From an uncultured Actinomycetota bacterium (GTDB taxonomy: Bacteria; Actinomycetota; Actinomycetes; Actinomycetales; Micrococcaceae): DNA of 64,000 bases. A program made the position numbers and the translations under genes. Below the pieces are notes generated by a model, which did no database searches, was not told the origin of the DNA, and was given only the letters and a program-made list of their open reading frames with translations. This document shows, piece after piece, positions 13,329-23,492 of this stretch. Each line of letters starts with the position of its first letter. Position 1 is the first letter of the stretch. The DNA lies in contig CAWEPM010000020.1 of the NCBI GenBank assembly GCA_963810895.1, positions 34,785 to 98,784 on the forward strand, read 5' to 3'.

Positions 13329-13958
13329 TCACGTCAGGCGGTTCTGAGAGCTGAGAACCACCTCAAGTGATAGCGCATCTGGGAAATCAGGCGTCTGGGC
13401 GGCGGCGAGGGAGGCCAGGGTGGAGACCAGGAGGCGGCGCTCCACGACCTTGATGCGCTCGTGCAGGGAGTCCTCGGTCTCGCCGTCCTCGATCGCCACG
13501 GCTTCCTGGGCGATGATGGGGCCCGTGTCCACTCCGGCGTCGGCCCAGTGCACCGTGCAGCCGGTGACCTTCACGCCGTAGGCCAGGGCGTCGCGGACAC
13601 CGTGGGCGCCGGGGAAGGACGGCAGCAGCGCCGGGTGCGTGTTGAGGTACTTGCCGCCAAACGCGTCGATGAAGCCCGCGCTGACAATCCGCATGAAGCC
13701 CGAGGACACCACCACATCCGGGGCATACGCGGCGACCGCCTCGGTCAGGGCCGCGTTCCAGGCCGCCCGGTCCGGGTAGGCCTTGAAGTCCACCACGAAC
13801 GTGGGAATTCCGGCGGCGGCGGAGCGCTCCACCCCGAATGTCCCCGGCCGGTCGGCGCCGACGGCGGCGATCTCGACGTCGAGCGCGCCGGACTTCACGG
13901 CATCGATAACTGCCTGGAGGTTGGAGCCGGTGCCGGAAACGAGGACAACTATGCGCAT
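13329..13958 (-). CDS. purN: phosphoribosylglycinamide formyltransferase
   Basis: 209 aa with VVLVSGTGSNLQA N-terminus, formyltransferase motifs NTHPALLP and the catalytic His/Asp region. Confidence 0.9.
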   Translation of the reverse strand: MRIVVLVSGTGSNLQAVIDAVKSGALDVEIAAVGADRPGTFGVERSAAAGIPTFVVDFKAYPDRAAWNAALTEAVAAYAPDVVVSSGFMRIVSAGFIDAFGGKYLNTHPALLPSFPGAHGVRDALAYGVKVTGCTVHWADAGVDTGPIIAQEAVAIEDGETEDSLHERIKVVERRLLVSTLASLAAAQTPDFPDALSLEVVLSSQNRLT

Positions 13959-13997
13959 GGTCCTAGCTTATGGGGCCGCTCGCGTAGGCTGGAAAAC

Positions 13998-14429
13998 ATG
14001 AATTCCCCCACGGACTCCGGCGGCGGCGAGCCGGGCCGGAATCCGGGCGGCGCTGCGGCCAAAGAATCCCCGCAGCTGACCCACACCCTGTTCCGGCTGT
14101 TCGTCGTCGCGGTCCTGGGCTCGTTCTTCGTCTTCCAGCTCGACGTCAGCTACCTGTGGCTGACGGCCATCCTCACGGCGGCCGGGATTGTGCTGGGCAT
14201 CGTGGTGCTGATCCGGGCGGTGAAGTACAAGGAATCGCGGCTGGTCCTGTTCGGCACGATTTCCGGGATGGTCGTCTCGGCCGTCATGCTGCTGGTGATC
14301 CTGGCCTCGACGCTGTTCTTCACCCAGATCCGCGATTACCAGCAGTGCGTCCGCCAGGCCCTGACGGAGCAGGCAACCTCGGCATGCCGGACGCAGCTGG
14401 AGAACTCCCTGCCAAGGCAGGTGCGTTAA
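13998..14429 (+). CDS. small integral membrane protein, hypothetical
   Basis: 143 aa with ATG at 13998 and three hydrophobic helices. The annotated ORF upstream of this ATG is antisense to purN. Confidence 0.5.
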   Translation: MNSPTDSGGGEPGRNPGGAAAKESPQLTHTLFRLFVVAVLGSFFVFQLDVSYLWLTAILTAAGIVLGIVVLIRAVKYKESRLVLFGTISGMVVSAVMLLVILASTLFFTQIRDYQQCVRQALTEQATSACRTQLENSLPRQVR

Positions 14430-14444
14430 CCCCACGCAGGTGCG

Positions 14445-15764
14445 TTAGCGGCTGTTGACCGCTTCGAGGTCCGCCTCACGCAGGCGCTGCTGGCGTTCCA
14501 GCCAGGGACCTGCCGCGTAACCGATCACGACGCCGATCCCCACCTCCGCGGCCACGAACAGTGCCGTGCGGAGCGGGTCGGGCCCGATTTCCGTCAGCCT
14601 CCCGATGCCGGCGGACCCGCGGGCCAGCCAGGCGAGCCCCGCCGCGAGCAGCCCGGCCACGGAGCCGATCACGGCGCCCAGCACCAGGGTGGACGCCGCG
14701 GCCGTAAACCAGCGGGCCCGGATCTTGATGGACAGCCATTCGTCGAAGTGGTTCTCGCCCTCGCGCAGGAACCACCAGCCGGCCAGCACCCCGGCGAGCG
14801 CCGGCACCACGAGGGCCACGAAACCGAAGTCCAGCGACCCGGACGGCAGCGCGGCGAACACGGGAATGGCCGGCAGCGGCCCGACGGCGGTACCGAGCGG
14901 CCCGGCCAGCGAGCCGGCCCCCAGGGCGAACCCCGCGCCGGAGATCCACGCCAGGCCAAACACCACGAGGTTGGGCAGGAAGCCCAGCTGCAGGATGGTG
15001 AGGACGGCGCCGCCCGTGGCGCCGGCGTCGAGCCCTTCATAGACGGCCACCACGAGGTTCCAGTGGATGAAGAGGTCGACGGCGAGCAGCGCCGCCGACA
15101 TCGCCAGGCTCGCCATGAGCGCCACCGACCCGGCCTGGATGGCCGAGCCCAGGTACGAGCCGGCCCAGCGGGAGTGCTGGCTGGTGCGGGAAAGCCAGGC
15201 CACGGCGTCGACGCCGATCAGCCGGCTCCACGAGCCGGCCTCGCGGCGCGCACCGACCACCATGCCGAGCCCGAACGGGATGAGCGGAATCAAGGCGGCG
15301 GACCAGAGGCTGATGCCGACGTCGGCCGTGCGGCAGACGAAGCCCGTGGCGATCCCGAACGCCGCATACGCGAGCCAGGAGCCGAGCAGCGCCTGCCAGA
15401 GCTGGTCCGTATAGGAGGCGCGGGCGAGCCGCCGGCCGGCGCGCCAGGCGAGCAGGAACGGGATGAGGGTCAGCCCCAGCGGGATGAGGGAGAGCGTGCC
15501 GGATTCCGGGTGTGCCGCGGACCCGGATCCGGGGGTGTCCAGCAGCAGGGGCACGCCGTGGATCAGCAGCCAGGCCTGGCCGGCCAGGCGGGCCAGGACG
15601 TCGAACCCGCTGTGCTGGAACCCGGCGTTGGCCCAGACCGTGACGATCGGCGCCACCACCACGAGGGCGGAGATGACGGCGGCCTGGGCAGACTCGAGGG
15701 CACCCTGCAGCCCCAGGGGCATGGGAAGGCCACGTTGTCCGGTCTGATCAGCGCGCAGTTTCAT
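14445..15764 (-). CDS. PerM-like polytopic membrane protein (DUF6350 family, cell-division associated; Rv0955-like)
   Basis: About 440 aa, highly hydrophobic, located immediately upstream of purN as in Mycobacterium Rv0955-purN-purH. Start chosen at MKLRADQ...; the 5' extension of the ORF looks non-coding. Confidence 0.6.
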   Translation of the reverse strand: MKLRADQTGQRGLPMPLGLQGALESAQAAVISALVVVAPIVTVWANAGFQHSGFDVLARLAGQAWLLIHGVPLLLDTPGSGSAAHPESGTLSLIPLGLTLIPFLLAWRAGRRLARASYTDQLWQALLGSWLAYAAFGIATGFVCRTADVGISLWSAALIPLIPFGLGMVVGARREAGSWSRLIGVDAVAWLSRTSQHSRWAGSYLGSAIQAGSVALMASLAMSAALLAVDLFIHWNLVVAVYEGLDAGATGGAVLTILQLGFLPNLVVFGLAWISGAGFALGAGSLAGPLGTAVGPLPAIPVFAALPSGSLDFGFVALVVPALAGVLAGWWFLREGENHFDEWLSIKIRARWFTAAASTLVLGAVIGSVAGLLAAGLAWLARGSAGIGRLTEIGPDPLRTALFVAAEVGIGVVIGYAAGPWLERQQRLREADLEAVNSR

Positions 15765-15917
15765 CGAGATCCATGGTGCCACGCGCCCGGCATCCGGCCG
15801 GTTTCCGACAGGCACAACGCGCGGATCCGCGGAATTCGCCTGCCCCGGCCGCCGGAGCTTTTTCCACACCCCGGCCGTAAAATTGTAAATGTCCGCAATC
15901 AGTGGTTGGAGGCAGAA

Positions 15918-16403
15918 ATGACTACCGCATCTCCGCATGCCCATGGCGTTCATTTTGGTCGGACAGATGTACAGAACGTTGGCATGGGTGTAGGTATCGT
16001 CCTTATCGTCGTGGGCATCTTGGGGTTCATCCCGGGCATCACGACGAACTACAGCGAACTAAGGTTCTTCGGGCCTGATTCCAAGGCCCTGTTCCTGAAC
16101 CTGTTCCAGGTGTCGATGTTGCTGAACATCGTTCAGCTCGCGATCGGTGCCACCGGCCTGACCATGTCCCGGACCGCCGTGGGCGCCAGGAATTTCCTCA
16201 TGGGCTCCGGCCTGCTGTACATCGTCCTGGGCATTTACGGGTTTATCGTCGGAGTGAATTCGGCGGCCAACTTCCTGTCGCTGAACACCATGGACAATTG
16301 GGCCTTTATGGTGATGGGCATCGTGATGGCCGGCGCAGGCTGGCTGATGACAAGGCACCTCGAAGAAGACGCACAGACCCGGTCATCAACCCCCGGGACC
16401 TAG
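15918..16403 (+). CDS. DUF4383-like small membrane protein
   Basis: 161 aa with GGAGG RBS 6 nt upstream of the ATG and four TM helices. The longer ORF 14748-16403 is antisense to the perM-like gene. Confidence 0.55.
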   Translation: MTTASPHAHGVHFGRTDVQNVGMGVGIVLIVVGILGFIPGITTNYSELRFFGPDSKALFLNLFQVSMLLNIVQLAIGATGLTMSRTAVGARNFLMGSGLLYIVLGIYGFIVGVNSAANFLSLNTMDNWAFMVMGIVMAGAGWLMTRHLEEDAQTRSSTPGT

Positions 16404-16547
16404 GGAGCCGCGAATGAGTAACGTTTCATAGATTCGAAAAAATTCGTACTACCTGCTGGTGCAGTGGCTTAGCGGAAACGCGGCGGCTGCACCAGCTTTC
16501 CTTGTGCCGGGCCAATCGTCTGGCGACGGCGACGGCGGGCCTTCCGG

Positions 16548-16580
16548 CACGCAAGAAGGCCGGGACTCTGGCGGTCCCGG
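16548..16580. terminator. bidirectional hairpin between convergent genes
   Basis: Perfect 11-bp stem AAGGCCGGGAC / GTCCCGGCCTT with a 7-nt loop, lying between the 3' ends of the DUF4383 gene and the cda-like gene. Confidence 0.4.
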
Positions 16581-16636
16581 CCTTCCGTAATGCTGGCAAG
16601 CGTGATGGCAATCAGATTGCTGCCCTTGCCGCCGTG

Positions 16637-17124
16637 CTAGATGGTGCTGTCCTCCACGCGGGGCGGAAGGGTGTCCCACTCCGTTTCCGCGGCCCGCATC
16701 CAGGGAAAGGGCAGCAGTTCCTTGATCCGGATCTTGCCCACCTCGCCCTCGGCATCGACCAGGACGGAGGTCTCGGTCCCGTAAGAGCGCAGCAGTTCCC
16801 GGCAGACGCCACAGGGGTTGGTGACCTGGGGTTCTCCCTGGCCGTCCATGCTGACGGCTACCACGGAGTGGATTGATGTCTCCTGTGCCATGCGGGCGTT
16901 GGCGAGGGCGCTGGATTCGGCGCACACATTGATGCGTTTTGCGCCGATGTGCAGTCCGAGGTAGATGGCCCCGGACCCGCCGCGCATGGCGGCGGCCACC
17001 CGGTGGTTCTCGCTGTGATGGGCGGTCAGCAACAGCCCGCGGGCTGCCTCGTAAAGCTCCACGTCTGACGCGTCCAGTTCAAAGGAGATCACGTTTGCCT
17101 CTACTCCGCTTCGGTCCGGGCGGC
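16637..17124 (-). CDS. cytidine/deoxycytidylate deaminase family protein
   Basis: 162 aa with zinc-binding motifs CAESSA (C/H-A-E) and PCGVCRE. Confidence 0.7.
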
Positions 17125-17189
17125 TGGCGTCCATGATGCGTTCCCACTTTCCGTTCTTACCTGTGTTCCAACTTCTGAAATGTGTGTTC

Positions 17190-18494
17190 TCACCTGCCGA
17201 TGAAGATGCCGTTCTTCTTCCGGGCGAGCAGATAGAAGACGATGCTGAGCGCCGACAGGACGGCCACGTAGACCGGGAAGATCCAGGATGCATTCAGGGA
17301 CTGGAGCCAGACCAGGAGGTAGGAGGCCGTGCCGCCGAAGAGCGCTACGCCGAGGCCGTAGCCGAGGGCGGTTCCGGCGCCGCGGCAACCCTTCGGCATG
17401 AGGGAACTGGTGACCACGTTGTACAGGGTCATGTTCAGGACCAGCACAACAGAGCCGCCGAGGAGCACGGCAGCGAAGCCGGCGATGCCGGGCTTGACGT
17501 ACATCAGCATCAGGAAGACGGACGGAATGGCCAGCGCGCGGGTGATCAGGAACCACTTGGACATCGACTTGCCATCGGCAACCTTGCTGATGATGAGGCT
17601 TCCGACGACCAACACGACGCCCAGCACGGTGGTGAGTGCGAAGACAGCGGTCGCGTCTTCCTTGAAGCCGCTGCGGGCCGCCGTCGGGAGGCCCGTGTTC
17701 CAGGCGTAGTTGTACGCCTGCGCAGCGCCGACGACGAACGTGATGGCCAGCACGCTGAGCCAGTGCTTGCGCACCCCGCCCCAGACCTTTTTGGCGGAGT
17801 TGTCCGCCAGCTCCTCGGGCTTCATGGTTTCCGGAAGGGTCCGGCGAAGGTAGACCACCACAAAGCCGAAGGCAGCGCCGACGACGAAGGGCACACGCCA
17901 GCCCCAATCGGCCATGACGGCTCCACCGAGCGTCAGGGACGACAAGTAGCTGACAAGTGAGGCGAGCAAGATGCCCGCATTGACGTAGAAGGAGATGATG
18001 CCCGCGACAAAGCCCTCGCGTCCCTCAGGGACGAGTTCGACGGCGTGGGCGGTGGACAGCGGAGCTTCAACGCCTGTGGAGATGCCCTGGATGATGCGGC
18101 AGACCAGCAGGATGACGCCGGCGGCGGCCCCGATCTGGTCGTAGGTGGGGCACAGGGCAATGATCAGGGTGGTGCCGGCCATCATCATGATGGACCAGAG
18201 CATTACCCGCCGTCGTCCGATCCTGTCGGCCAGGGTACCGAGCATGATTCCGCCCAGCGGACGGAACGCGAAACCGACGGCGAAGACTGCCAAAGCACTC
18301 AGCGTTGCGGCAACGGGGTCCTGCGACGGGAAAAACTTTGGCCCGATGAAAGCCGACAGAAGGCCAAAGACCATCCAGTCGTACCACTCCAGGGTGTTCC
18401 CCAGTCCGAGGCCAAGCAGCCCCCGGCGTACTTCCGGCGAGAGCCGGGACTTCCGGCCGCTCTCTACGTCAATCTTGACGACAGTGTCAGTCAT
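17190..18494 (-). CDS. MFS transporter, metabolite:H+ symporter (MHS) family
   Basis: 434 aa with 12 TM helices and an MHS-type N-terminus LGNTLEWYDWMVFG. Confidence 0.85.
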   Translation of the reverse strand: MTDTVVKIDVESGRKSRLSPEVRRGLLGLGLGNTLEWYDWMVFGLLSAFIGPKFFPSQDPVAATLSALAVFAVGFAFRPLGGIMLGTLADRIGRRRVMLWSIMMMAGTTLIIALCPTYDQIGAAAGVILLVCRIIQGISTGVEAPLSTAHAVELVPEGREGFVAGIISFYVNAGILLASLVSYLSSLTLGGAVMADWGWRVPFVVGAAFGFVVVYLRRTLPETMKPEELADNSAKKVWGGVRKHWLSVLAITFVVGAAQAYNYAWNTGLPTAARSGFKEDATAVFALTTVLGVVLVVGSLIISKVADGKSMSKWFLITRALAIPSVFLMLMYVKPGIAGFAAVLLGGSVVLVLNMTLYNVVTSSLMPKGCRGAGTALGYGLGVALFGGTASYLLVWLQSLNASWIFPVYVAVLSALSIVFYLLARKKNGIFIGR

Positions 18495-19123
18495 GATACT
18501 TTTCCTTCCCCCGCGCCTTCGGGGCGCGGGAGGGTACGGATCACCGGCGGACGCCCTCTTGGGGTCGCCGGTAATCGAAACTATCGTTTGGCTTGGTCCG
18601 CAGGGCGGGACCGGTTCACCACATGGGAGGTGAGTTAGCCCAGATAGCTACGCATGCCTCTTCGTAGCGATTGAATGCAAACGGGCCATCCAGCTCGGCA
18701 ACAAGGAACGTATCCCTAAGGAACGCGTCTTTAGTTAACCGGCCAGCATCAGGCTTGCGGATGGCTTGGCAGATGCCACTGCATCAGTACAAGGGAACGA
18801 TCACGAACGCGGGCCGGGCGCACCTTCCGCCAGAAGGTCGTTGCGCCCCATCCTTGTTCGCCTAGCGTCGAACCCTTAGTGTTGCGGCTCACACAACTAT
18901 ATTGAAGATCTTCACAGAGTCAATGGTTTTGGGAAAAATACGGCCCCACCTCGAAGGACGCCGCCATGCCATGCAGGGGCGGATCGGGGCCCGGGTCCGG
19001 ACCTGGTCCCGGCCGGCCGGGGCTTGGGGCGGAAACCGTAAAGAAATTTACGAAAACCATTGATTCGCTAAAAGTTTTCACTATAGTTATGTGTGTCAGC
19101 TCACCGAGAGAGAAAGTCGGACC

Positions 19124-19732
19124 ATGGCCAACGAGAGCGTCACGGGATCTTCCCCCGCCGGCACGAGCGTCCTTCTTGCCACCGTAGGCAACAAGGTCCG
19201 CAACATGCGTAAGGACAAAGGGATGACGCTTGCGAAGCTCTCGGAAGTCACTGGCCTCAGCCCGGCGATCGTAAGCCAGATCGAGCGCGGCCTGGCCAAT
19301 CCGTCCTTCACCACTCTGGCGCAGCTGGCGCACGGCCTGGACATCCCCGTGGGGAAGTTCTTCGGCGGACAAGAAGAAACCAGGTCCCCCGTGGTCCGCA
19401 AGGCCGAGCGGCGAAACCTCAAAGGCGTCACCAAGAAGTCTGTGGGTGAGGCGGTCTATGAACTGCTCACCCCGGACCTCAATGGCGCCCTGGAGGCCCA
19501 ATGGATCGTGAGTCCGCCAGGCCACGACACCAGCGCCACTCCTTTCCGGCACAGCGGCGAGGAATTCGGCATCGTCCTCTCCGGCCGGAAGGACATCTTC
19601 CTGGACGGCGAGTGCTACACCCTAGAAGAAGGCGATTCGATCACCTTCTCTTCGGATACGCCTCACTGGTACAAAAACAGCTACGAAGAGGTCTGCGTAG
19701 CGATCTGGGTTAACGCACCTCACGCGTGGTGA
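19124..19732 (+). CDS. XRE-family HTH regulator with C-terminal cupin domain
   Basis: HTH_XRE region LAKLSEVTGLSPAIVSQIERG followed by a cupin fold (GEEFGIVLSG...TPHWYKN). Sits upstream of the catabolic cluster and divergent from the MHS transporter. Confidence 0.8.
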   Translation: MANESVTGSSPAGTSVLLATVGNKVRNMRKDKGMTLAKLSEVTGLSPAIVSQIERGLANPSFTTLAQLAHGLDIPVGKFFGGQEETRSPVVRKAERRNLKGVTKKSVGEAVYELLTPDLNGALEAQWIVSPPGHDTSATPFRHSGEEFGIVLSGRKDIFLDGECYTLEEGDSITFSSDTPHWYKNSYEEVCVAIWVNAPHAW

Positions 19733-19957
19733 TCAGCCGGCCCTAGCCGCCGTCGCCATTCTCCGGCTCCGACACATAGGTGTCCACCGGTAACTCTTCC
19801 ACACTCCGCAGCAAGGTCCGCAACGGGCCACGCTGCGTCATACCCTCTGCCGGGTGGATTTCGCGGTCAGCGCCGCCGCGCCCTCCTCCTGAGCACCGTC
19901 TTCTACGTCACCGGCCGCCCTTCCAACGGCACTTTCGCCGGAAAAGTTAGGATCCCC

Positions 19958-21340
19958 ATGAACCCGTCTACAGCCATGTCGTCGCTGGAACTCAGCACCA
20001 CCACGGCGGACCTCACCGCTCCCGTCATCTCCCGCTCCGACGTCCTGGTGGTCGGCGGCGGCCCCGCCGGCGTCGCCGCCGCCGTCACCGCGGCCCGCTC
20101 GGGCGCCTCGGTCACCCTGTTGGAGCGCTATTCCTCCCTCGGCGGCCTCGCCTCCGGCGGCATGGTCCTGGTGCTCGACGACATGATCAACGGCCAGGAA
20201 ATCACCGTCACCGGCATCGTTTCCGAGTACGTCGAGCGCCTGCAGAAGCTGGGCCTGGCGATCGTCCCGCCGGCCGATGACCGCAAGACCTCCGAGGAAC
20301 TGTGGAACAGGTGGGGCCGCTACGGCACCTTCGACTTCCACTCCCACACCACCCCCAAGCCGGTCTGCTACGCCGCCGCCTTCGATCCCGACGGCTGGAA
20401 GCGCGTCTCCAACGACCTCGTCCGCGAGGCCGGCGTCAACCTTCGCCTGCACTCCTGGTTCTCCCGCCCGATCGTGGACAACGGCGTCATGAAGGGCGTT
20501 ATCTGCGAGACCAAGTCCGGCCCGCAGGCCTTCATGGCCGACATCGTCATCGACACCACCGGCGACATCGACGTCGCCTCCCGGGCCGGCGCCAGCTACG
20601 TCAAGGACAGCTACCTCACCACGCTGGTCTTCCGTCTCGGCAACGTGGACACCAACGCCGCGGAAGCCTTCGAACAGGCCAACCCGAAGGAAGCCCGCGC
20701 CATCAACCGCAAGATCAAGCGCCTCCTCGGCGGCGCCTGGGAACTGTGGTGGCTCAAGACCCCCATCGACGGCGTCGTCTGGTGCAACGCACCGCACATG
20801 ACCGGATTCGACGGCGTCGACCCGGCAGACATGACCGCCGCCGAGTTCGCCGCCCGTGACCGGATCACCGAGGCCGTGGACTACGTCCGCGCCAACCTGC
20901 CCGGCTTCGAGAACTGCTACATGCTCGACGTCGCGTCCCAGATGGGCGTCCGGCAGACCCGCCTGCTCGAGGGCGAGTACGTCATGACCAAGGACGACGT
21001 CACCTCCCGCCGGCACTTCGCCGACACCGTGGCCCGCGGCCGCGACTACTACTACCCCTACCGCTCGCTGCTGCCCAAGGAAGTGGACCAGCTGCTCGTG
21101 GCCGGCCGCCACTACTCCGCCACCCCCGAGGCCCAGAAGATGTCCCGCGAGATCCCGCCCTGCATGGCCATGGGCCAGGCCGTCGGCGTCGCCGCCGCCC
21201 TCGCCATCCAGAACGGCACCCTCGTCCGCGACGTCTCCGCACTGGACATCCAGCAGGGCATGCGCCGGCACGGCGCGGACCCGGGCGACGTCCCGTCGTC
21301 GAACGCCACCCTTGACGCGGACGCGGTGGTGGGGGCATGA
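19958..21340 (+). CDS. FAD-dependent oxidoreductase
   Basis: 460 aa with dinucleotide-binding motif VLVVGGGPAGVAAA near the N-terminus. Confidence 0.75.
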   Translation: MNPSTAMSSLELSTTTADLTAPVISRSDVLVVGGGPAGVAAAVTAARSGASVTLLERYSSLGGLASGGMVLVLDDMINGQEITVTGIVSEYVERLQKLGLAIVPPADDRKTSEELWNRWGRYGTFDFHSHTTPKPVCYAAAFDPDGWKRVSNDLVREAGVNLRLHSWFSRPIVDNGVMKGVICETKSGPQAFMADIVIDTTGDIDVASRAGASYVKDSYLTTLVFRLGNVDTNAAEAFEQANPKEARAINRKIKRLLGGAWELWWLKTPIDGVVWCNAPHMTGFDGVDPADMTAAEFAARDRITEAVDYVRANLPGFENCYMLDVASQMGVRQTRLLEGEYVMTKDDVTSRRHFADTVARGRDYYYPYRSLLPKEVDQLLVAGRHYSATPEAQKMSREIPPCMAMGQAVGVAAALAIQNGTLVRDVSALDIQQGMRRHGADPGDVPSSNATLDADAVVGA

Positions 21341-22617
21341 GCACCGTCATCGAGGAACTCCTGGCAGGCACAGCAACAGACAGCACGACGGCGGCCCCCG
21401 CCGCCGCCCTCGGGCCGGATTCCGAACCGGCCGGCACCCCGCTGCCGCTGGACGGCATCAAGATCGTCGACTTCACGCAGGTGTTCATGGGCCCGTCCTG
21501 CACCCAGCTCCTGGGCGACTACGGCGCGGACATCATCAAGGTGGAACGCCCGGGCGCCGGGGACATCTCCCGCAACTCGTTCCCGGACAAGGACGGCCAG
21601 GACAACCCGATCTTCCTGTCCATCAACCGGAACAAGCGCAGCATCTCCGTGGACACCCGCACCGACGAGGGCAAGGCCGTGCTCCGCCGGCTGCTGGCCG
21701 ACGCCGACGTGGTGGTCAGCAACTTCCGCTCCGGCGTCATGGAGCGGATGGGCTTCGGCTACGAGGACCTCAAGGAGCAGAACCCGGGCATCATCTGGGC
21801 CTCCGGCACGGGCTTCGGCCCCGAGGGCCCCTACTCGCACAAGGGCGGCCAGGACGCGATCGCCCAGGCCTACTCCGGCGTCATGTGGCGGCGCGAGTCG
21901 GACGACATGAAGCCCTCCATCTACCCCACCACGCTCTGCGACTACATCACCGGCATGCACCTCATGCAGGGCATCCTGCTGGCACTGCGCACCCGGGAAT
22001 CCGCCGGCGTCGGGCAGAAGGTGGAGGTGACGATGTACGACTCCATGCTGCACCTGCAGATGCAGGAGGCGTGCATGCAGCTCAACCGCGGCTACGAGGT
22101 CAACTGGGGCGCCATGCCGCTCAGCGGCGTCTTTGAAACCACCGACGGCGCCGTCTGCATGGTGGGCGGCTTCACCCCGGACCCGCTGGCCCGCATCTCC
22201 GAGGCGCTGGGCCTGGACGAGGACCTCACGCAGCGCCCCGAGTTCGCCACCCTCGAGCAGCAGTTCCAGCACAAGCCGGCACTGCAGGCGATCTTCCGCG
22301 AGCGCATCGCCACCAACACCACCGAGTACTGGACCGGCCGGCTGGAGGACAAGGGACTGCTCAACGCCCCCGTGCACACCCTGGAACAGACCCTCGCCGA
22401 CGCGCAGACCGCAGCCAACGGCATGATTGTCGAGGCCGAACACCCCGGCGTCGGCACCGTGAAAATGCTCAACGCGCCCATCCGGCTCTCCGCCACCCCG
22501 CCCACCATCCGCCGGGTGGCCCCGCGGCTCGGCGAACACAACGTCGAGGTCCTGCTGGAGAACGGGTTCGACGCCGAGACCATCGAGCGCCTGCAGCAGC
22601 TGGGGGTGCTCCGGTGA
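21337..22617 (+). CDS. CoA-transferase family III (CaiB/BaiF)
   Basis: 426 aa with the characteristic region KIVDFTQVFMGPSCTQLLGDYGADIIKVERP. Its start overlaps the previous gene's stop (ATGA). Confidence 0.85.
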   Translation: MSTVIEELLAGTATDSTTAAPAAALGPDSEPAGTPLPLDGIKIVDFTQVFMGPSCTQLLGDYGADIIKVERPGAGDISRNSFPDKDGQDNPIFLSINRNKRSISVDTRTDEGKAVLRRLLADADVVVSNFRSGVMERMGFGYEDLKEQNPGIIWASGTGFGPEGPYSHKGGQDAIAQAYSGVMWRRESDDMKPSIYPTTLCDYITGMHLMQGILLALRTRESAGVGQKVEVTMYDSMLHLQMQEACMQLNRGYEVNWGAMPLSGVFETTDGAVCMVGGFTPDPLARISEALGLDEDLTQRPEFATLEQQFQHKPALQAIFRERIATNTTEYWTGRLEDKGLLNAPVHTLEQTLADAQTAANGMIVEAEHPGVGTVKMLNAPIRLSATPPTIRRVAPRLGEHNVEVLLENGFDAETIERLQQLGVLR

Positions 22618-23421
22618 CCGCCGTGACCGAAACCCTCATCGACGAGGTCACCCTCACCATCGAAAACCACGTCGCCACAGTGGTCATCGACCGCCAGCAC
22701 GTCCTCAACGCCGTCGACGGCCGCGCCCAGGCCCGGCTCAACGAGATCTGGGACCAGCTGGAAGCCGATCCCGACGTCCGCGCCGTGGTCATCACCGGCG
22801 CCGGGACCCGCGCCTTCTGCGTCGGGGCGGACATGTCCGCTTCTGCCGTGGACAAGACCGGCCTGCAGTACTGGGCCGGTCTCGATCCGAACGGCTTCGG
22901 CGGGCTCAGCCTGCGCAGCCACGCTGGACGTGCCGGTGATCGCCAAGGTCAACGGCTACGCGCTCGGCGGCGGCATGGAGATCGTGCTGGGCGCGGACAT
23001 CGTGGTCGCCGCGGACACGGCCCGGTTCGGGCTGACGGAACCGCGCGTCGGGCGTCTGGCGCTCGACGGCGGCATCCACCAGCTGGTGCGCCGGATCCCC
23101 TACACCCAGGCGATGGGCATGCTCCTGACCGGGCGGAAGGCCGAGGCCGCGGAAATGCAGTCCATGGGCCTGGTCAACGAGGTGGTCCCCGCGGAGGAGC
23201 TCGACGCCGCGGTGCAGCGCTGGCTGGATGCGATCCTCGCCTGTGCCCCCACCTCCGTCCGGGCCGTCAAGCAGATGGTCACCCGGACCGCGCACCTGAC
23301 CGCCACCGAGGCCCGCGGGCTCCGGCTCCCGGCCCTCATGGCGGCGCTGGACAGCGAGGACTCGGCCGAGGGCGTGCGCGCCTTCCAGGAGAAGCGCCCG
23401 CCGGTCTGGCCGGGACGCTAG
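22614..23421 (+). CDS. enoyl-CoA hydratase/isomerase family protein, frameshifted near 22915
   Basis: N-terminal half (AVVITGAGTRAFCVGADM) in one frame and C-terminal half (ORF 22930-23421, LDVPVIAKVNGYALGGGMEIVLGADI...) in another. The 886-aa ORF 22614-25274 is a frame artefact spanning four genes. Confidence 0.75.
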
Positions 23422-23492
23422 GGATGCAGCCGTTAGAGATACAGACACCAGCGATGCAGCAACTCGCAGGACAACGAATTAAGGAGAATCCG

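Noticed and set aside
14748-16403. 551-aa plus-strand ORF
   Set aside because: Only its last about 160 codons (from ATG 15918 with GGAGG RBS) look like a real membrane protein. The upstream part is antisense to the perM-like gene.
16405-16460. AT-rich patch (aacgtttcatagattcgaaaaaattcgtactacc) after the DUF4383 gene
   Set aside because: It is striking against the GC background but too short to interpret. It is probably part of the convergent terminator region, with no ORF or clear structure.
19838-22539. Long minus-strand ORFs (19838-21271, 21112-22539)
   Set aside because: They are antisense to the FAD oxidoreductase and CoA-transferase and show no domain signatures.
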